DNA of 62,934 nt, counting the filler, from a bacterium (GTDB lineage Bacteria > JALSQH01): assembly GCA_027004335.1 (NCBI GenBank). It is 12 parts of 12 records of this genome, joined end to end, with 100 filler letters (N's around TTAATTAATTAA, not from the genome) between each part and the next. Parts side by side here need not be neighbours in the genome. Positions count along the whole stretch, not along the records: positions 17,234 to 33,156 come from JALTID010000004.1; positions 33,257 to 38,853 come from JALTID010000005.1; positions 38,954 to 44,512 come from JALTID010000006.1; 9 more parts are not named here. One strand, 5' to 3'. The stretch's first letter is position 1; the number at the start of each line of letters is the position of its first letter. Shown one piece after another: positions 29,845 through 41,014 of this stretch. The position numbers were made by a program, and so were the translations under genes. The notes under the pieces are model-generated. The model was not told where the DNA came from, searched no databases, and worked only from the letters and a program-made list of their open reading frames with translations.

Positions 29845-30852
29845 GTGGAAAAAATACGGGTTGCTATTATTGGAGCCAGTGGATACACAGGCGGAGATCT
29901 TCTCCGCCTTTTTTATTATCACAGAGGAGTTGAGGTTGTATCTGTCACTTCCCGTCGTTTCAAAGGCAGAGGGATTTCAGATGTTTTCCCTTATTTGAAA
30001 AGTATTTATCCGGATCTTAGGTTTAAATCTATAACTGAGATCAGAGATGATGCAGATTTTTACTTTCTATCTCTACCCCATGGTGTTAGTATGCTTCATG
30101 CAAGGAAATTTCTTGAATATGGAAGGGTAATTGACCTGGGAGCTGATTTCAGGCTTAAAAGCCGGGAAGGATATGAAAAATGGTACGGTGAACATCAGGA
30201 TCCCCAGTTAATAGAAGAAGCTGTGTATGGACTTCCGGAGCTTTACAGGGAAAAAATTAAAGAAGCACGGCTCGTGGCAAATCCCGGTTGCTATCCAACT
30301 TCTGTGATTCTTGGGGCTTATCCTCTTGTCAAGGAAAACCTTGTAGAAGGAGCTGTGATCGTTGATTCTAAATCTGGAGTAACAGGTGCAGGCAGGAGTC
30401 CCTCAGAAAGTCTCCATTTTCCCGAAGTTAATGAGAATTTTTATCCTTATAAAATAAATGGACACAGACATAAGGCGGAGATGGATGAACATCTTGGGAC
30501 GGATGTGATTTTTACGCCTCATCTTCTTCCTGTGGATAGAGGGATCCTCTCCTCTATTTACATGAAAATGAAAGAAAAGTTGAATAACAGCAACCTAAAA
30601 GAGGTGTACGAGAAATATTATGGAGGAGAAAAGTTTGTGAGAGTGATTGGTAATTCTTCTCCTGCTATTAAGAATGTGAGGGGGACCAATTTCGTGGATA
30701 TAGGCTGGGCTGTAGATGGCGATATTGTGAAGATTTTTGTTGCCATTGATAACCTTGTGAAGGGTGCCAGTGGACAGGCTATTCAGAATTTTAATATAAT
30801 GGCAGGTTTTGTGGAGAATAGGGGATTGAAAAACCTGCCTCTGTTTCCGTAG
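29845..30852 (+). CDS. argC: N-acetyl-gamma-glutamyl-phosphate reductase
   Basis: GASGYTG, ANPGCYPT, SGVTGAGR, DNLVKGASGQA. Confidence 0.97.
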   Translation: MEKIRVAIIGASGYTGGDLLRLFYYHRGVEVVSVTSRRFKGRGISDVFPYLKSIYPDLRFKSITEIRDDADFYFLSLPHGVSMLHARKFLEYGRVIDLGADFRLKSREGYEKWYGEHQDPQLIEEAVYGLPELYREKIKEARLVANPGCYPTSVILGAYPLVKENLVEGAVIVDSKSGVTGAGRSPSESLHFPEVNENFYPYKINGHRHKAEMDEHLGTDVIFTPHLLPVDRGILSSIYMKMKEKLNNSNLKEVYEKYYGGEKFVRVIGNSSPAIKNVRGTNFVDIGWAVDGDIVKIFVAIDNLVKGASGQAIQNFNIMAGFVENRGLKNLPLFP

Positions 30853-30854
30853 AG

Positions 30855-31595
30855 ATGAGTAATTATATTGTTATTCCCGCCAGATTCTCCTCCACGAGAT
30901 TCCCTGGGAAATTATTGGCTCTCCTTTCAGGTAAACCTGTTATCAGATGGGTGGTAGAAAATGCGTTAGAAGTGAAGGAATGTAAGATTGTTCTTGCCAC
31001 AGATAGTGAAAAAATTGCAGAAGTAATTTCTGATCTGAAAGATGTGAGAGTCATTATGACCCCCTCAGATATCCCTTCAGGGACTGATAGAGTTGCATTT
31101 GCTGTTAAGGATCTTCCATCTCCAGAGTTTGTCATAAACCTTCAGGGGGATGAGCCGCTTCTATCATCGGAGCTAATAGAAATTTTGCTTGAAAATCATC
31201 TTGAATCGGATCTTGATATTTTTACCCTTGCAAGAAAGTTAAGAGAAGATGAAGATCCCTCTGATCAAAACCTGGTAAAGGTTGTCTTTGATAGATATGG
31301 TAAAGCTCTTTATTTTTCCAGGAGTCCAGTGCCTTTTTATAAAAAAACTTCAGGAGATTATTTTATTCACATTGGCATTTACTCGTACAGATACAATTCC
31401 CTTGAGAAGTTTATCTCATTATCACAATCTCCTCTTGAAAGAGCTGAAAAACTTGAGCAGCTTAGAGCCCTTGAGAATGAGATGAGTATAGGGGTAAAGG
31501 TGGTTGATTATAATGGAGTTGGCATTGATACGGAGGATGATCTAAGACGGGCAGAATTACTATTGAAATATGGAGAGAAAAGTAATAGTATTTAA
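30855..31595 (+). CDS. kdsB: 3-deoxy-manno-octulosonate cytidylyltransferase
   Basis: IPARFSSTRFPGK, SGTDR, NLQGDEP, ALYFSRS, LEQLRALE. Confidence 0.96.
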   Translation: MSNYIVIPARFSSTRFPGKLLALLSGKPVIRWVVENALEVKECKIVLATDSEKIAEVISDLKDVRVIMTPSDIPSGTDRVAFAVKDLPSPEFVINLQGDEPLLSSELIEILLENHLESDLDIFTLARKLREDEDPSDQNLVKVVFDRYGKALYFSRSPVPFYKKTSGDYFIHIGIYSYRYNSLEKFISLSQSPLERAEKLEQLRALENEMSIGVKVVDYNGVGIDTEDDLRRAELLLKYGEKSNSI

Positions 31596-31614
31596 AAGGA
31601 TTGGTTCAATCTAA

Positions 31615-33156
<1,542 letters not shown>

Positions 33157-33256
33157 NNNNNNNNNNNNNNNNNNNNNNNNNNNNNNNNNNNNNNNNNNNN
33201 TTAATTAATTAANNNNNNNNNNNNNNNNNNNNNNNNNNNNNNNNNNNNNNNNNNNN

Positions 33257-33334
33257 GTTTTACCCAGCGAAGATGTTGTTGAGGGTTTTACTGCTAAGAT
33301 GGAAAAGAGAAAGCCTGAATTTAAAGGGAAATAA
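33257..33334 (+). CDS. Enoyl-CoA hydratase/crotonase family, C-terminal end only
   Basis: Manual translation VLPSEDVVEGFTAKMEKRKPEFKGK is a typical crotonase C-terminus; it precedes a CoA-transferase. Confidence 0.75.
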   Translation, partial: VLPSEDVVEGFTAKMEKRKPEFKGK

Positions 33335-33336
33335 AG

Positions 33337-34488
33337 ATGCTACCTCTTGAAGGAATAATTGTTCTTGATCTTTCACGATTGCTTCCGGCACCAATGACAA
33401 CTCTTTTTATGGCTCAGATGGGGGCAAGAGTTATAAAAGTGGAAGATCCCGTAGGTGGAGATTACCTTCGGTGGAGTCCTCCCCTTCAGGGTGAATTCAG
33501 TTCCTTTTTCTATATTCTCAATAGAGGAAAAGAAAGTTTTACTCTAAACTTAAAGACTGATGAAGGAAGAGAAATTTTCAAAGAACTTGTGGAAAAAACA
33601 GATGTAATGGTAGAAAGTTTCAGGCCGGGGGTGATGGAATCCCTTGGACTTGGTTATGAAAATCTAAAAAGGATAAATCCGTCATTAATCTACTGTGCAG
33701 TAACCGGTTATGGATATACAGAAACTGAATACAGAAATCTTGCAGGACATGATCTGAATTATGTTTCAGCAAATGGCGTTGCGAATCTTAACGGAACAGG
33801 GGAAACAGGACCCTTTCTATTAGGAGTGCAGGTTGGAGATATTGCCGGTGGTTCCTACATGGCCCTGATCTCAATACTTGCGGCACTCTTCAAAAGAGAA
33901 AAAACAGGGGAGGGAGAGTTTCTTGATGTTTCTATGACCCACGGAAGCATGCCTCTCGTAGTTATGGGCTTTGGTGAATATCTGGGCACTGGCCACAATG
34001 GTCCAGAATCTTACACATTAAATGGGCTTTATCCCTGCTACAGAATATACAGAGCAAAAGATGGTTTTGTATCACTGGCCGCTCTGGAACCAAAATTCTG
34101 GAAGGGCTTTTGCGAGGCCGTGAACAGAGATGATCTCCTTGATAAAGCTTACGCTACTGGAGGAGAGGGGGAAAAGGTTAGAGAAGAACTGGAAAATATT
34201 TTTTTATCAAAAACTGTGGATGAGTGGAAGGAGCTAAATAGTAATTATGATTTTTGCTGTGAGCCCGTGAACGATTTTTCTTCACTTTTTTCCAATCCAC
34301 TCTTTAAAGAAAATCCCGTAATTGATAAAGATAGTGAAGGGAAGGGTATATTAAACTTTCCTGTTTCCTCACTGAGAAATTCTGAAATCCTCAAAGCTCC
34401 CTCACTGGGAGAGCACACAGAGAAAATTTTGAAAGAATTTCTCCCCGGCGCTTCTTACGAGGTGCTTCGCAGAAAAGGTGTAGTATGA
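33337..34488 (+). CDS. CaiB/BaiF family III CoA-transferase (racemase-like)
   Basis: LDLSRLLP, GARVIKVE, NRGKES, FRPGVM, GHDLNY. Confidence 0.93.
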   Translation: MLPLEGIIVLDLSRLLPAPMTTLFMAQMGARVIKVEDPVGGDYLRWSPPLQGEFSSFFYILNRGKESFTLNLKTDEGREIFKELVEKTDVMVESFRPGVMESLGLGYENLKRINPSLIYCAVTGYGYTETEYRNLAGHDLNYVSANGVANLNGTGETGPFLLGVQVGDIAGGSYMALISILAALFKREKTGEGEFLDVSMTHGSMPLVVMGFGEYLGTGHNGPESYTLNGLYPCYRIYRAKDGFVSLAALEPKFWKGFCEAVNRDDLLDKAYATGGEGEKVREELENIFLSKTVDEWKELNSNYDFCCEPVNDFSSLFSNPLFKENPVIDKDSEGKGILNFPVSSLRNSEILKAPSLGEHTEKILKEFLPGASYEVLRRKGVV

Positions 34489-34743
34489 TTTACGAAGCCC
34501 CTCCCGAACAAAGGGAAATCTGATGTTAAAAATTTCACACAAAATTAACTTGTACTATGATCCAAACTACCCACTTACATAAAAGGGGATCTGAACAAAA
34601 CAGTTTTAGGCTTTATTCAAACAGTCCCTCCTCTTGCTCAACTGCCTTTTCCAATCTAAGACCATGAGCTAAATTGAACCGTTCGAGACTTGCGACCATG
34701 AGAAGTTTCTCAGATGTATAATTTTCTGCTAAAATAACTATCA

Positions 34744-36150
34744 ATGAATCAGGTAAAAACAAAAATAATTGCCACTCTTGGTCCCTGTACCAGTAGTAGA
34801 GAAACTCTGAAGAAAATTATTCTGAAAGGTGTCCGTATTGTCAGACTCAATTTCTCCCACGGGACACATGAAGAGCACAAGAGGAGAATTGAACTTGTAA
34901 GGTCAATTGAAGAAGAAACTGGAATAGCAGTAACAATTCTTCAGGATCTTTCAGGACCCAAGATTAGAATAGGAGAGATCAAAGATGAACCCCTGCAATT
35001 GAAAAGAGGCGACAGAATAATCTTAACAACAGAAGAGGGTGACGGAAGAAAAAAAATCCATATAAATTTTTCCCAATTTCCACAGGAGGTAAGAAAAGGA
35101 GAAAAGGTTCTTCTAAACGATGGTGCAATTGTTTTAAAGGTGCTGGGGATCGAGGAAGCAGAGGTAAAAGCTGAGGTGGTAGTAGGAGGAGAGCTAACCT
35201 CCAGGAAAGGGGTTAACCTTCCAAATACTGCTCTCTCCATACCTGCCCTCACAGAAAAGGATAAAGAGGATGCCATCTTCGGGATAAAAGCTGGAGTTGA
35301 CATTATGGCTCTTTCCTTTGTAAGAAGAGCCGAAGATATTCTGGAATTAAAGGATATACTTGCAAAACACAATTACACCCTTCCCGTAATTGCAAAAATA
35401 GAAAAACCCCAGGCTTTGAAATATATAGACAGCATAATTGATGCCTCAGATGGCATTATGGTGGCAAGAGGAGATTTAGGGGTGGAAATCCCCCTCTACA
35501 GAGTGCCGGTGATACAGAAGTTACTCATCAAGAAAGCTCACCAGAAGGGTAAAGTAGTTATTACAGCAACCCAGATGCTTAAAAGCATGGTGGACAACCC
35601 ATCTCCCACGAGAGCAGAGGTTACAGATGTTGCCAATGCAGTGTTAGATGGGAGCGATGCAGTTATGCTTTCAGAAGAAACAGCAGTGGGGAGATATCCG
35701 GTGAAAACAATTCAGATGATGAGAAATATTATCAGGGAAGCAGAAAAAGTATACCCACACGAGGAGATGTGCAGAAGTACTGAACACTTTGACATACAGC
35801 ATTCGTTGTGCCATGTAGCATGCAAAGTGGCGGAAGAAACAAATATAAAAACAATAATAGCCTTTACCAGAACAGGTACCACAGCAAGGGTGCTTTCTAA
35901 ATTCAGGCCAAGAGTTCCTGTAATAGCGGCCACCTACGATATTGACACCTATCATAGATTAAACATGCTGTGGGGAACAATTCCTCTACTAACGGGTCTT
36001 GTGGATTCTACAGATAAGATGGTAGAAACCTCTATAAAAGAGGCTTTGAAAAAGAAATACATAAAAAAAGGAGATAAGGTTCTTATCCTCGCAGGAGCTC
36101 CCGTAGGGGTTCCTGGCAGTACAAATATGTTGAAAGTGGTAGAAGCATAG
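34744..36150 (+). CDS. pyk: Pyruvate kinase
   Basis: KTKIIATLGP, RLNFSHG, IAKIEK, MVARGDLGVE, PTRAEVTDVANA. Confidence 0.98.
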   Translation: MNQVKTKIIATLGPCTSSRETLKKIILKGVRIVRLNFSHGTHEEHKRRIELVRSIEEETGIAVTILQDLSGPKIRIGEIKDEPLQLKRGDRIILTTEEGDGRKKIHINFSQFPQEVRKGEKVLLNDGAIVLKVLGIEEAEVKAEVVVGGELTSRKGVNLPNTALSIPALTEKDKEDAIFGIKAGVDIMALSFVRRAEDILELKDILAKHNYTLPVIAKIEKPQALKYIDSIIDASDGIMVARGDLGVEIPLYRVPVIQKLLIKKAHQKGKVVITATQMLKSMVDNPSPTRAEVTDVANAVLDGSDAVMLSEETAVGRYPVKTIQMMRNIIREAEKVYPHEEMCRSTEHFDIQHSLCHVACKVAEETNIKTIIAFTRTGTTARVLSKFRPRVPVIAATYDIDTYHRLNMLWGTIPLLTGLVDSTDKMVETSIKEALKKKYIKKGDKVLILAGAPVGVPGSTNMLKVVEA

Positions 36151-36163
36151 CAAGGAGGGAAAT

Positions 36164-36931
36164 ATGCTTGCACATATAAAAATTGGAGAGGGTCCTGCGG
36201 TAATTTTTATACATGGTTACCCCTTTAGAAAGGAAATGTGGAGTAAGCAAACTGCACCGGTGGCAAATGAGGGGTTTACAGCAATTGCTGTGGATCTAAG
36301 GGGGCATGGAGAATCTCAGGGGGTACCTGAAACTCTATCAGGGATGGGAGATGATATTATTGAACTCATGGATTCCCTAAAAATAGAAAAAGCAGTAATA
36401 GGTGGAATGTCAATGGGAGGATATATCACTTATGATCTTATGGCACGATATCCGGAGAGATTTTTAGGGGCATTCCTTATTGCTACCACCGCCCGTGGAG
36501 ATACTCCTGAGAAAAAAGAGACAAGAAACCAGCTCATAAAAGAGATTGAAGTAAAAGGATCCCAGGCGGTTCTTGATGCATATCTCTCTAAACTTTTTGG
36601 AGAAAAAACATACACTCAGAACCCGGTAATCGTGTTAAAAGTAAAGGAGTGGACTATCTCAGCAAAGAAAGAAACTTTAATAGGTGCAATGAAGGCTATG
36701 AGAGATAGGGAAGACAGAACAGCAATCCTCTCTGAAATAAAATTCCCCACCCTCTTCATTGCGGGAAAAGAGGATAAATTGATTCCCGTTGAAAGAATGG
36801 AGGAGGAATCCTCACTGGTCCAGGATAGCGAACTTCATGTAATTGAAAATGCAGGACATATGGTAAATATGGAAGAACCTAAAATTGTGGCGGAGACTTT
36901 AATAGGCTGGTTAAAAGAGAAATTTGCATAG
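36164..36931 (+). CDS. Alpha/beta hydrolase (PcaD-like)
   Basis: FIHGYP, DLRGHG, GMSMGG, GKED, AGH. Confidence 0.9.
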   Translation: MLAHIKIGEGPAVIFIHGYPFRKEMWSKQTAPVANEGFTAIAVDLRGHGESQGVPETLSGMGDDIIELMDSLKIEKAVIGGMSMGGYITYDLMARYPERFLGAFLIATTARGDTPEKKETRNQLIKEIEVKGSQAVLDAYLSKLFGEKTYTQNPVIVLKVKEWTISAKKETLIGAMKAMRDREDRTAILSEIKFPTLFIAGKEDKLIPVERMEEESSLVQDSELHVIENAGHMVNMEEPKIVAETLIGWLKEKFA

Positions 36932-37041
36932 AAATAACTATTGGAATTGATCAGACTCTATCAGAAGTACAGGAAGCTCCCCCCGGAGAAGAAAAAGATG
37001 CTGAGGAAGAAGATTTTGAGGAAATTGAGACACAGGTAAGA

Positions 37042-38313
37042 TTATTTATTCTGTAGCAACCACTTCCATGCTGGCAGAAATTTTATCTTTCCTTCCATTC
37101 TATGCCATTTAACACTCTCAACACTTTCATAATCGTAGGTAATAACAGATAAATTTGTTATCCCAAGCTCCTTCCTGGCATGTAAAAGAGCTCTAATCTC
37201 TCTCTGCTTTGTTATTTCATTGTCAACTGCATAACTTACCTGAATAAGTTCATCTACCTGCCCTTCTTTAGATCCAGTAACAAAATCAACTTCATACCCA
37301 TCTTTTGTCTTATAAAAAAGAAGTTCTTTTCCGCGCCTTTTTAGTTCAATTGCAACTAAATTTTCAAGAAGTCTGCTTTCTTTTTTTGCCGTTTCCACAG
37401 ATGAAAAATTAGCAAATCCTAAATCTGACACATAAACCTTTTTGGAAGTCAGGTACCTGGTTCTTGGTTTCTTTGAAAAAATGTAACTGATAAAAATCAA
37501 AAATGAATCCTCAAGAAACTGAACATAATTTTTAACACTATTTATGTCAGGCATGCCTGTAGCATTGCTCAATTTTCTGTAATTAAATTGGGAGGAAAAT
37601 TGAGATACAAGAATGGAGGAAAGTTCTCTAAACGCTCTTACATTTTTAATTCCATATCTGTATATACAATCCTTGAAAATTATATCCTCAAAGATCTGGT
37701 TAACAATCATCTTCCCAAAAAGATAATACTCAGGAAATCCGGAGGAAAAAAGATACTTTCTAAAACACTCAAGGATTAAAGACTCCTCCTTTGTTGAGAG
37801 CCTTGTATCACTCTTTGATCCACAAACCTCCCTGAAGGAAAAGGGAAGCAGAAAAAATTTTATATATCTGCCTGTAAGATAAACAGATAGTTCCCCTCCA
37901 AGAATACCTGCGTTACTTCCTGTAATGATAACTCTGTTATTATTTCTTAACCGTGAAACAAACCTCTCCCACCCCTGTAACTCCTGAATCTCATCAAAAA
38001 TAAATAGATCCAGATCTGCTCCGTAAAGCTGATAGGCTGCTCTTAAAATAACATCATAATTATCAAGGGTTGAAAGCCTCTCATCAAAGAAATTGATATA
38101 TAAAAATTTCCCTGATAATTTTTTTGCCAGCATATATGAAAAAACAGTTTTTCCAGATCTACGGGGTCCTATCACAGCAAGCACATTGGGAGATCTGAGA
38201 AAAGAAGCAGCTTCATCCAGACCTTCTCTCCCTACAAGTTTCCCTCTTTTAAACAGCTCCTCCATACTATCTTTCTGGTCTAAAATTATCCTTATTAACT
38301 TATCTACACTCAT
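37042..38313 (-). CDS. AAA_14 ATPase with C-terminal DUF4143 domain
   Basis: GPRRSGKT, FDEIQ, ITGSN, GFPE, KKVYVSDLG, ENLV, EVDF. Confidence 0.92.
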   Translation of the reverse strand: MSVDKLIRIILDQKDSMEELFKRGKLVGREGLDEAASFLRSPNVLAVIGPRRSGKTVFSYMLAKKLSGKFLYINFFDERLSTLDNYDVILRAAYQLYGADLDLFIFDEIQELQGWERFVSRLRNNNRVIITGSNAGILGGELSVYLTGRYIKFFLLPFSFREVCGSKSDTRLSTKEESLILECFRKYLFSSGFPEYYLFGKMIVNQIFEDIIFKDCIYRYGIKNVRAFRELSSILVSQFSSQFNYRKLSNATGMPDINSVKNYVQFLEDSFLIFISYIFSKKPRTRYLTSKKVYVSDLGFANFSSVETAKKESRLLENLVAIELKRRGKELLFYKTKDGYEVDFVTGSKEGQVDELIQVSYAVDNEITKQREIRALLHARKELGITNLSVITYDYESVESVKWHRMEGKIKFLPAWKWLLQNK

Positions 38314-38336
38314 TTTCTACTATAATTATATACTCT

Positions 38337-38390
38337 ACCCAACAATTTTCAAGAAAAATGTCTGGTTGACCCAACATTTTCTGGAAAAAT
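38337..38390. repeat. 32-bp-period direct repeat over the AAA ATPase promoter
   Basis: ACCCAACAATTTTCAAGAAAAAT (38337) and ACCCAACATTTTCTGGAAAAAT (38369); overlaps the minus-strand TTGAAA-N16-TATAAT promoter. Confidence 0.7.
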
Positions 38391-38464
38391 TTTCTACAAA
38401 GAACTTTTGATAATAATTTTTATTTTAGTAAAATTGTAATGGATTATCAGGAGGGAAAATTTTT

Positions 38465-38853
38465 ATGGATAGCACTATCTTTGAGGGAAGGATAGGGAGA
38501 TTCCAGAAAATCATGGAAGAGAAGAATATAGATCTGGTGGTGGTGAGAACTCTTTCAACATTTATATACTTCACAGGCACAAAATGGCTGAGGCCATCAC
38601 TTTTAATACCAAAGGAGGGGGAGCCCATAGTCATTGTTGCAAAAGGAGAAAAAGAATTTTTCAAAAAGAGGAGCTGGATAGAGCATATTGAGGAGTACAA
38701 CAGAGTTGAAAAACTGATGTTCATAGTAACTCAATACATAAGACAGCATAAGGTTGAAACAGTGGGGATGGAAGACACCGTTGAGAGAGATTCCTTCGTA
38801 TTTTTTCACAATATGTTCAAGATGTTAAACCCAAAGGTTAAATTGGTGGATGT
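38465..38853 (+). CDS. M24 Xaa-Pro peptidase, N-terminal (creatinase_N) part
   Basis: RIGRFQKIMEEKNIDLVVV...IYFTG...LLIPKEGEP; cut by contig end. Confidence 0.75.
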
Positions 38854-38953
38854 NNNNNNNNNNNNNNNNNNNNNNNNNNNNNNNNNNNNNNNNNNNNTTA
38901 ATTAATTAANNNNNNNNNNNNNNNNNNNNNNNNNNNNNNNNNNNNNNNNNNNN

Positions 38954-40888
38954 AAGAAATATTTAATTCTTTTCATTCTTCCAGTTTTTTTCCTTTTATT
39001 TGTTTCTTCATGCCATAAAAAGGAGGCGAAACATTCTCCCACAAAAGCTGAGAGATGTGAAAAGGTTGTTACTTCTTTTCCCATAACAGTGACTGGTGTA
39101 GATGAACTTGACAAATATTGCAGCGGAGTTTCATTTTCTACTGAAAGTGTGGAACTCAATAAGAATGAGTATTACTTTATTCGTGATGTTAAAGGCATGC
39201 TTGATTCTCTTACCCCTCTTGGTAAAATGATTGGTTCCATCTTCTCTGGTGGGGCTTCCGCTTCACCAGCATTCAAAACGAGTAGTGCAGAAACTAACGG
39301 GATCAAAGCCAATCTTAGTGCCACTATAAGTGATATGTTTCCATATATAGATGATGCTCTCAAGCGGATTAAATATTTCGTAGATTCAGGTGACTTTGAC
39401 AAAATTAACTGGTATGTAAGTGGAGTAACATCTTCACTTGATCTTTCCTCCCTTCCCAAATTGCTTAGAAATAACAATGTCCCTTCAGGGGTGAAATTTG
39501 ATTTAAGCGGAGAATGGGGACCTGCGGAGATTTTATTTTTTGGAAGTGCTATTGATGGGTTTTATGCCCTCTGGAAATTGATTGTGAGTCTTGATATGGG
39601 AATAGCAACTGATCTATATCAGATTTATGTTGATTATAATATGATGGTTGCTAATAATAGCGCTGACTTTGGTGGTTCTTATGCTCTACCACATTTTCTT
39701 GCCCATGTTCTGGGGAATCAAGATGATTTTCTCAACTGGGATAAGGATGGAGGGGCGGAAATATTTGAAAATGATTTCAGGCTTTATCTCGATGCCTTCC
39801 TGAGTTTTCTTGTGGGACGGGAGGGTGAGGCTATTTTTGATACAGAGGGCAACGAGATAGTATTTGCCAATGAAGGATTTTATGAAGCCCTTAAAAAACG
39901 TCTGATATCTCCCGGGGAAAAGTCTGACTGGCTCATAAAAGTGATAGATAATGATGGTGATGGAGAAATTTCTCAGGATGATTCAATTGTCATTGAATCA
40001 TCCTATGCAGGTTCAGTGTCGGGAAACGGTATGAGGTGGGAAATCTCTGTACCAGTATCTTCCACAACTCTTTCAGAAATAGTGAATGTTCTTAAAAAAA
40101 TGATTGATAGGCTGGAAGATTATAAAACACCTGAATATTCTATTGACCTTGGTAAAATTTTAACAGATATATTTGGTGATCTGGAAAGAGATTCTGACTA
40201 TTCAGGGGGTTTCGTGAAAAATGTTCTCCCTGAAGGACTTGTTATGATTGACCCAGGGGCATTTTTTAGATCTGCAAAGGATATGAGGGGATTCAGATCT
40301 ATTTTCCCTGTATGGTTTCCAAATCCAGCCTTGGGTAAAAATTGCAGTAGCAGATTAGATTATTACTACACCTACGATGAGGAAGAAGGGTATTTTGATT
40401 ACCTTATGGCTGCAGAGTACGAATTAAAGTTTAGTGCTGGTAGTTTTTATTCTCTTAAAGTCAAGATTGATCCTTCCAATGTGGCGTGTTATAGTTATGA
40501 TTTTTCTTCAGATGATGTTCCCCATTTTGATGGGATATTCTCCTCTAAAGGTACATTTACAGATCCTGTTGCAGCAGTATCTCAGTATCTTGCTATCCCT
40601 GTGGACAAAGCAGGTCCTATTGCTGCTGATAATGTTTTACCTCTACCAGGGGTGGATGTTGGAGAAGATAGTTATCCAGGGATTCTTCTCTATATGGATT
40701 TCCAGAGTCCTACCTTCTATGGATTTTTTAACATTGATGCCAGTAAATTCCCCTCTGATTGTAGGCCGGCAAATTTGGACAGTGAAACAGATGAGGATCT
40801 CCTGAACCAGATAAAGTTGAATGGCGCTGTAAATTGCTTTATCAACCACACCCTTGGTTTCATCTATTACCTTGTGGAAAATTATTGA
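38954..40888 (+). CDS. Large uncharacterised lipoprotein, paralog B (start just off the contig edge)
   Basis: Frame is open to 38954: KKYLILFILPVFFLLFVSSC signal and lipobox; DLSGEWGPAE, DNDGDGEISQDD, YMDFQSPTFYG. Confidence 0.82.
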   Translation, partial: KKYLILFILPVFFLLFVSSCHKKEAKHSPTKAERCEKVVTSFPITVTGVDELDKYCSGVSFSTESVELNKNEYYFIRDVKGMLDSLTPLGKMIGSIFSGGASASPAFKTSSAETNGIKANLSATISDMFPYIDDALKRIKYFVDSGDFDKINWYVSGVTSSLDLSSLPKLLRNNNVPSGVKFDLSGEWGPAEILFFGSAIDGFYALWKLIVSLDMGIATDLYQIYVDYNMMVANNSADFGGSYALPHFLAHVLGNQDDFLNWDKDGGAEIFENDFRLYLDAFLSFLVGREGEAIFDTEGNEIVFANEGFYEALKKRLISPGEKSDWLIKVIDNDGDGEISQDDSIVIESSYAGSVSGNGMRWEISVPVSSTTLSEIVNVLKKMIDRLEDYKTPEYSIDLGKILTDIFGDLERDSDYSGGFVKNVLPEGLVMIDPGAFFRSAKDMRGFRSIFPVWFPNPALGKNCSSRLDYYYTYDEEEGYFDYLMAAEYELKFSAGSFYSLKVKIDPSNVACYSYDFSSDDVPHFDGIFSSKGTFTDPVAAVSQYLAIPVDKAGPIAADNVLPLPGVDVGEDSYPGILLYMDFQSPTFYGFFNIDASKFPSDCRPANLDSETDEDLLNQIKLNGAVNCFINHTLGFIYYLVENY

Positions 40889-40959
40889 CTCTGATGTAGA
40901 AAAACTGATGCCTATCTTGTGCGGGGTATAGGGGTAAGTGGATACAGTGTTACTGAAGT

Positions 40960-40987
40960 TTGACTGATATTCTATCTTGAATATAAT
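40960..40987 (+). promoter_or_regulatory. sigma70 promoter of metK-ahcY
   Basis: TTGACT-N16-TATAAT followed by an AGGAGG RBS. Confidence 0.7.
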
Positions 40988-41014
40988 ATCTCCAAATCTC
41001 AGGAGGATATTTCT

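Noticed and set aside
33157-33337. Apparent operons across linkers, such as pyrG to CoA-transferase or lipoprotein A to ligA
   Set aside because: The genes are on different contigs, so the adjacency is not biological.
34613-34699. Minus-strand 28-aa ORF MVASLERFNLAHGLRLEKAVEQEEGLFE
   Set aside because: It looks protein-like but is too short to assign and lies in the pyk upstream region.
36941-37039. Basic 32-aa ORF MELIRLYQKYRKLPPEKKKMLRKKILRKLRHR
   Set aside because: It has a TTG start, no clear RBS and low complexity. It may be a regulator remnant but cannot be supported.
38337-38400. Mini-CRISPR reading of the 32-bp-period repeats
   Set aside because: There are only two units, with ~15-bp repeats and ~16-bp gaps, and no cas genes. 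An operator explains them better. No CRISPR array was seen anywhere in the window.
40889-41014. SAM riboswitch upstream of metK
   Set aside because: No SAM-I or SAM-II core is recognisable, and the promoter leaves only ~20 nt of leader.
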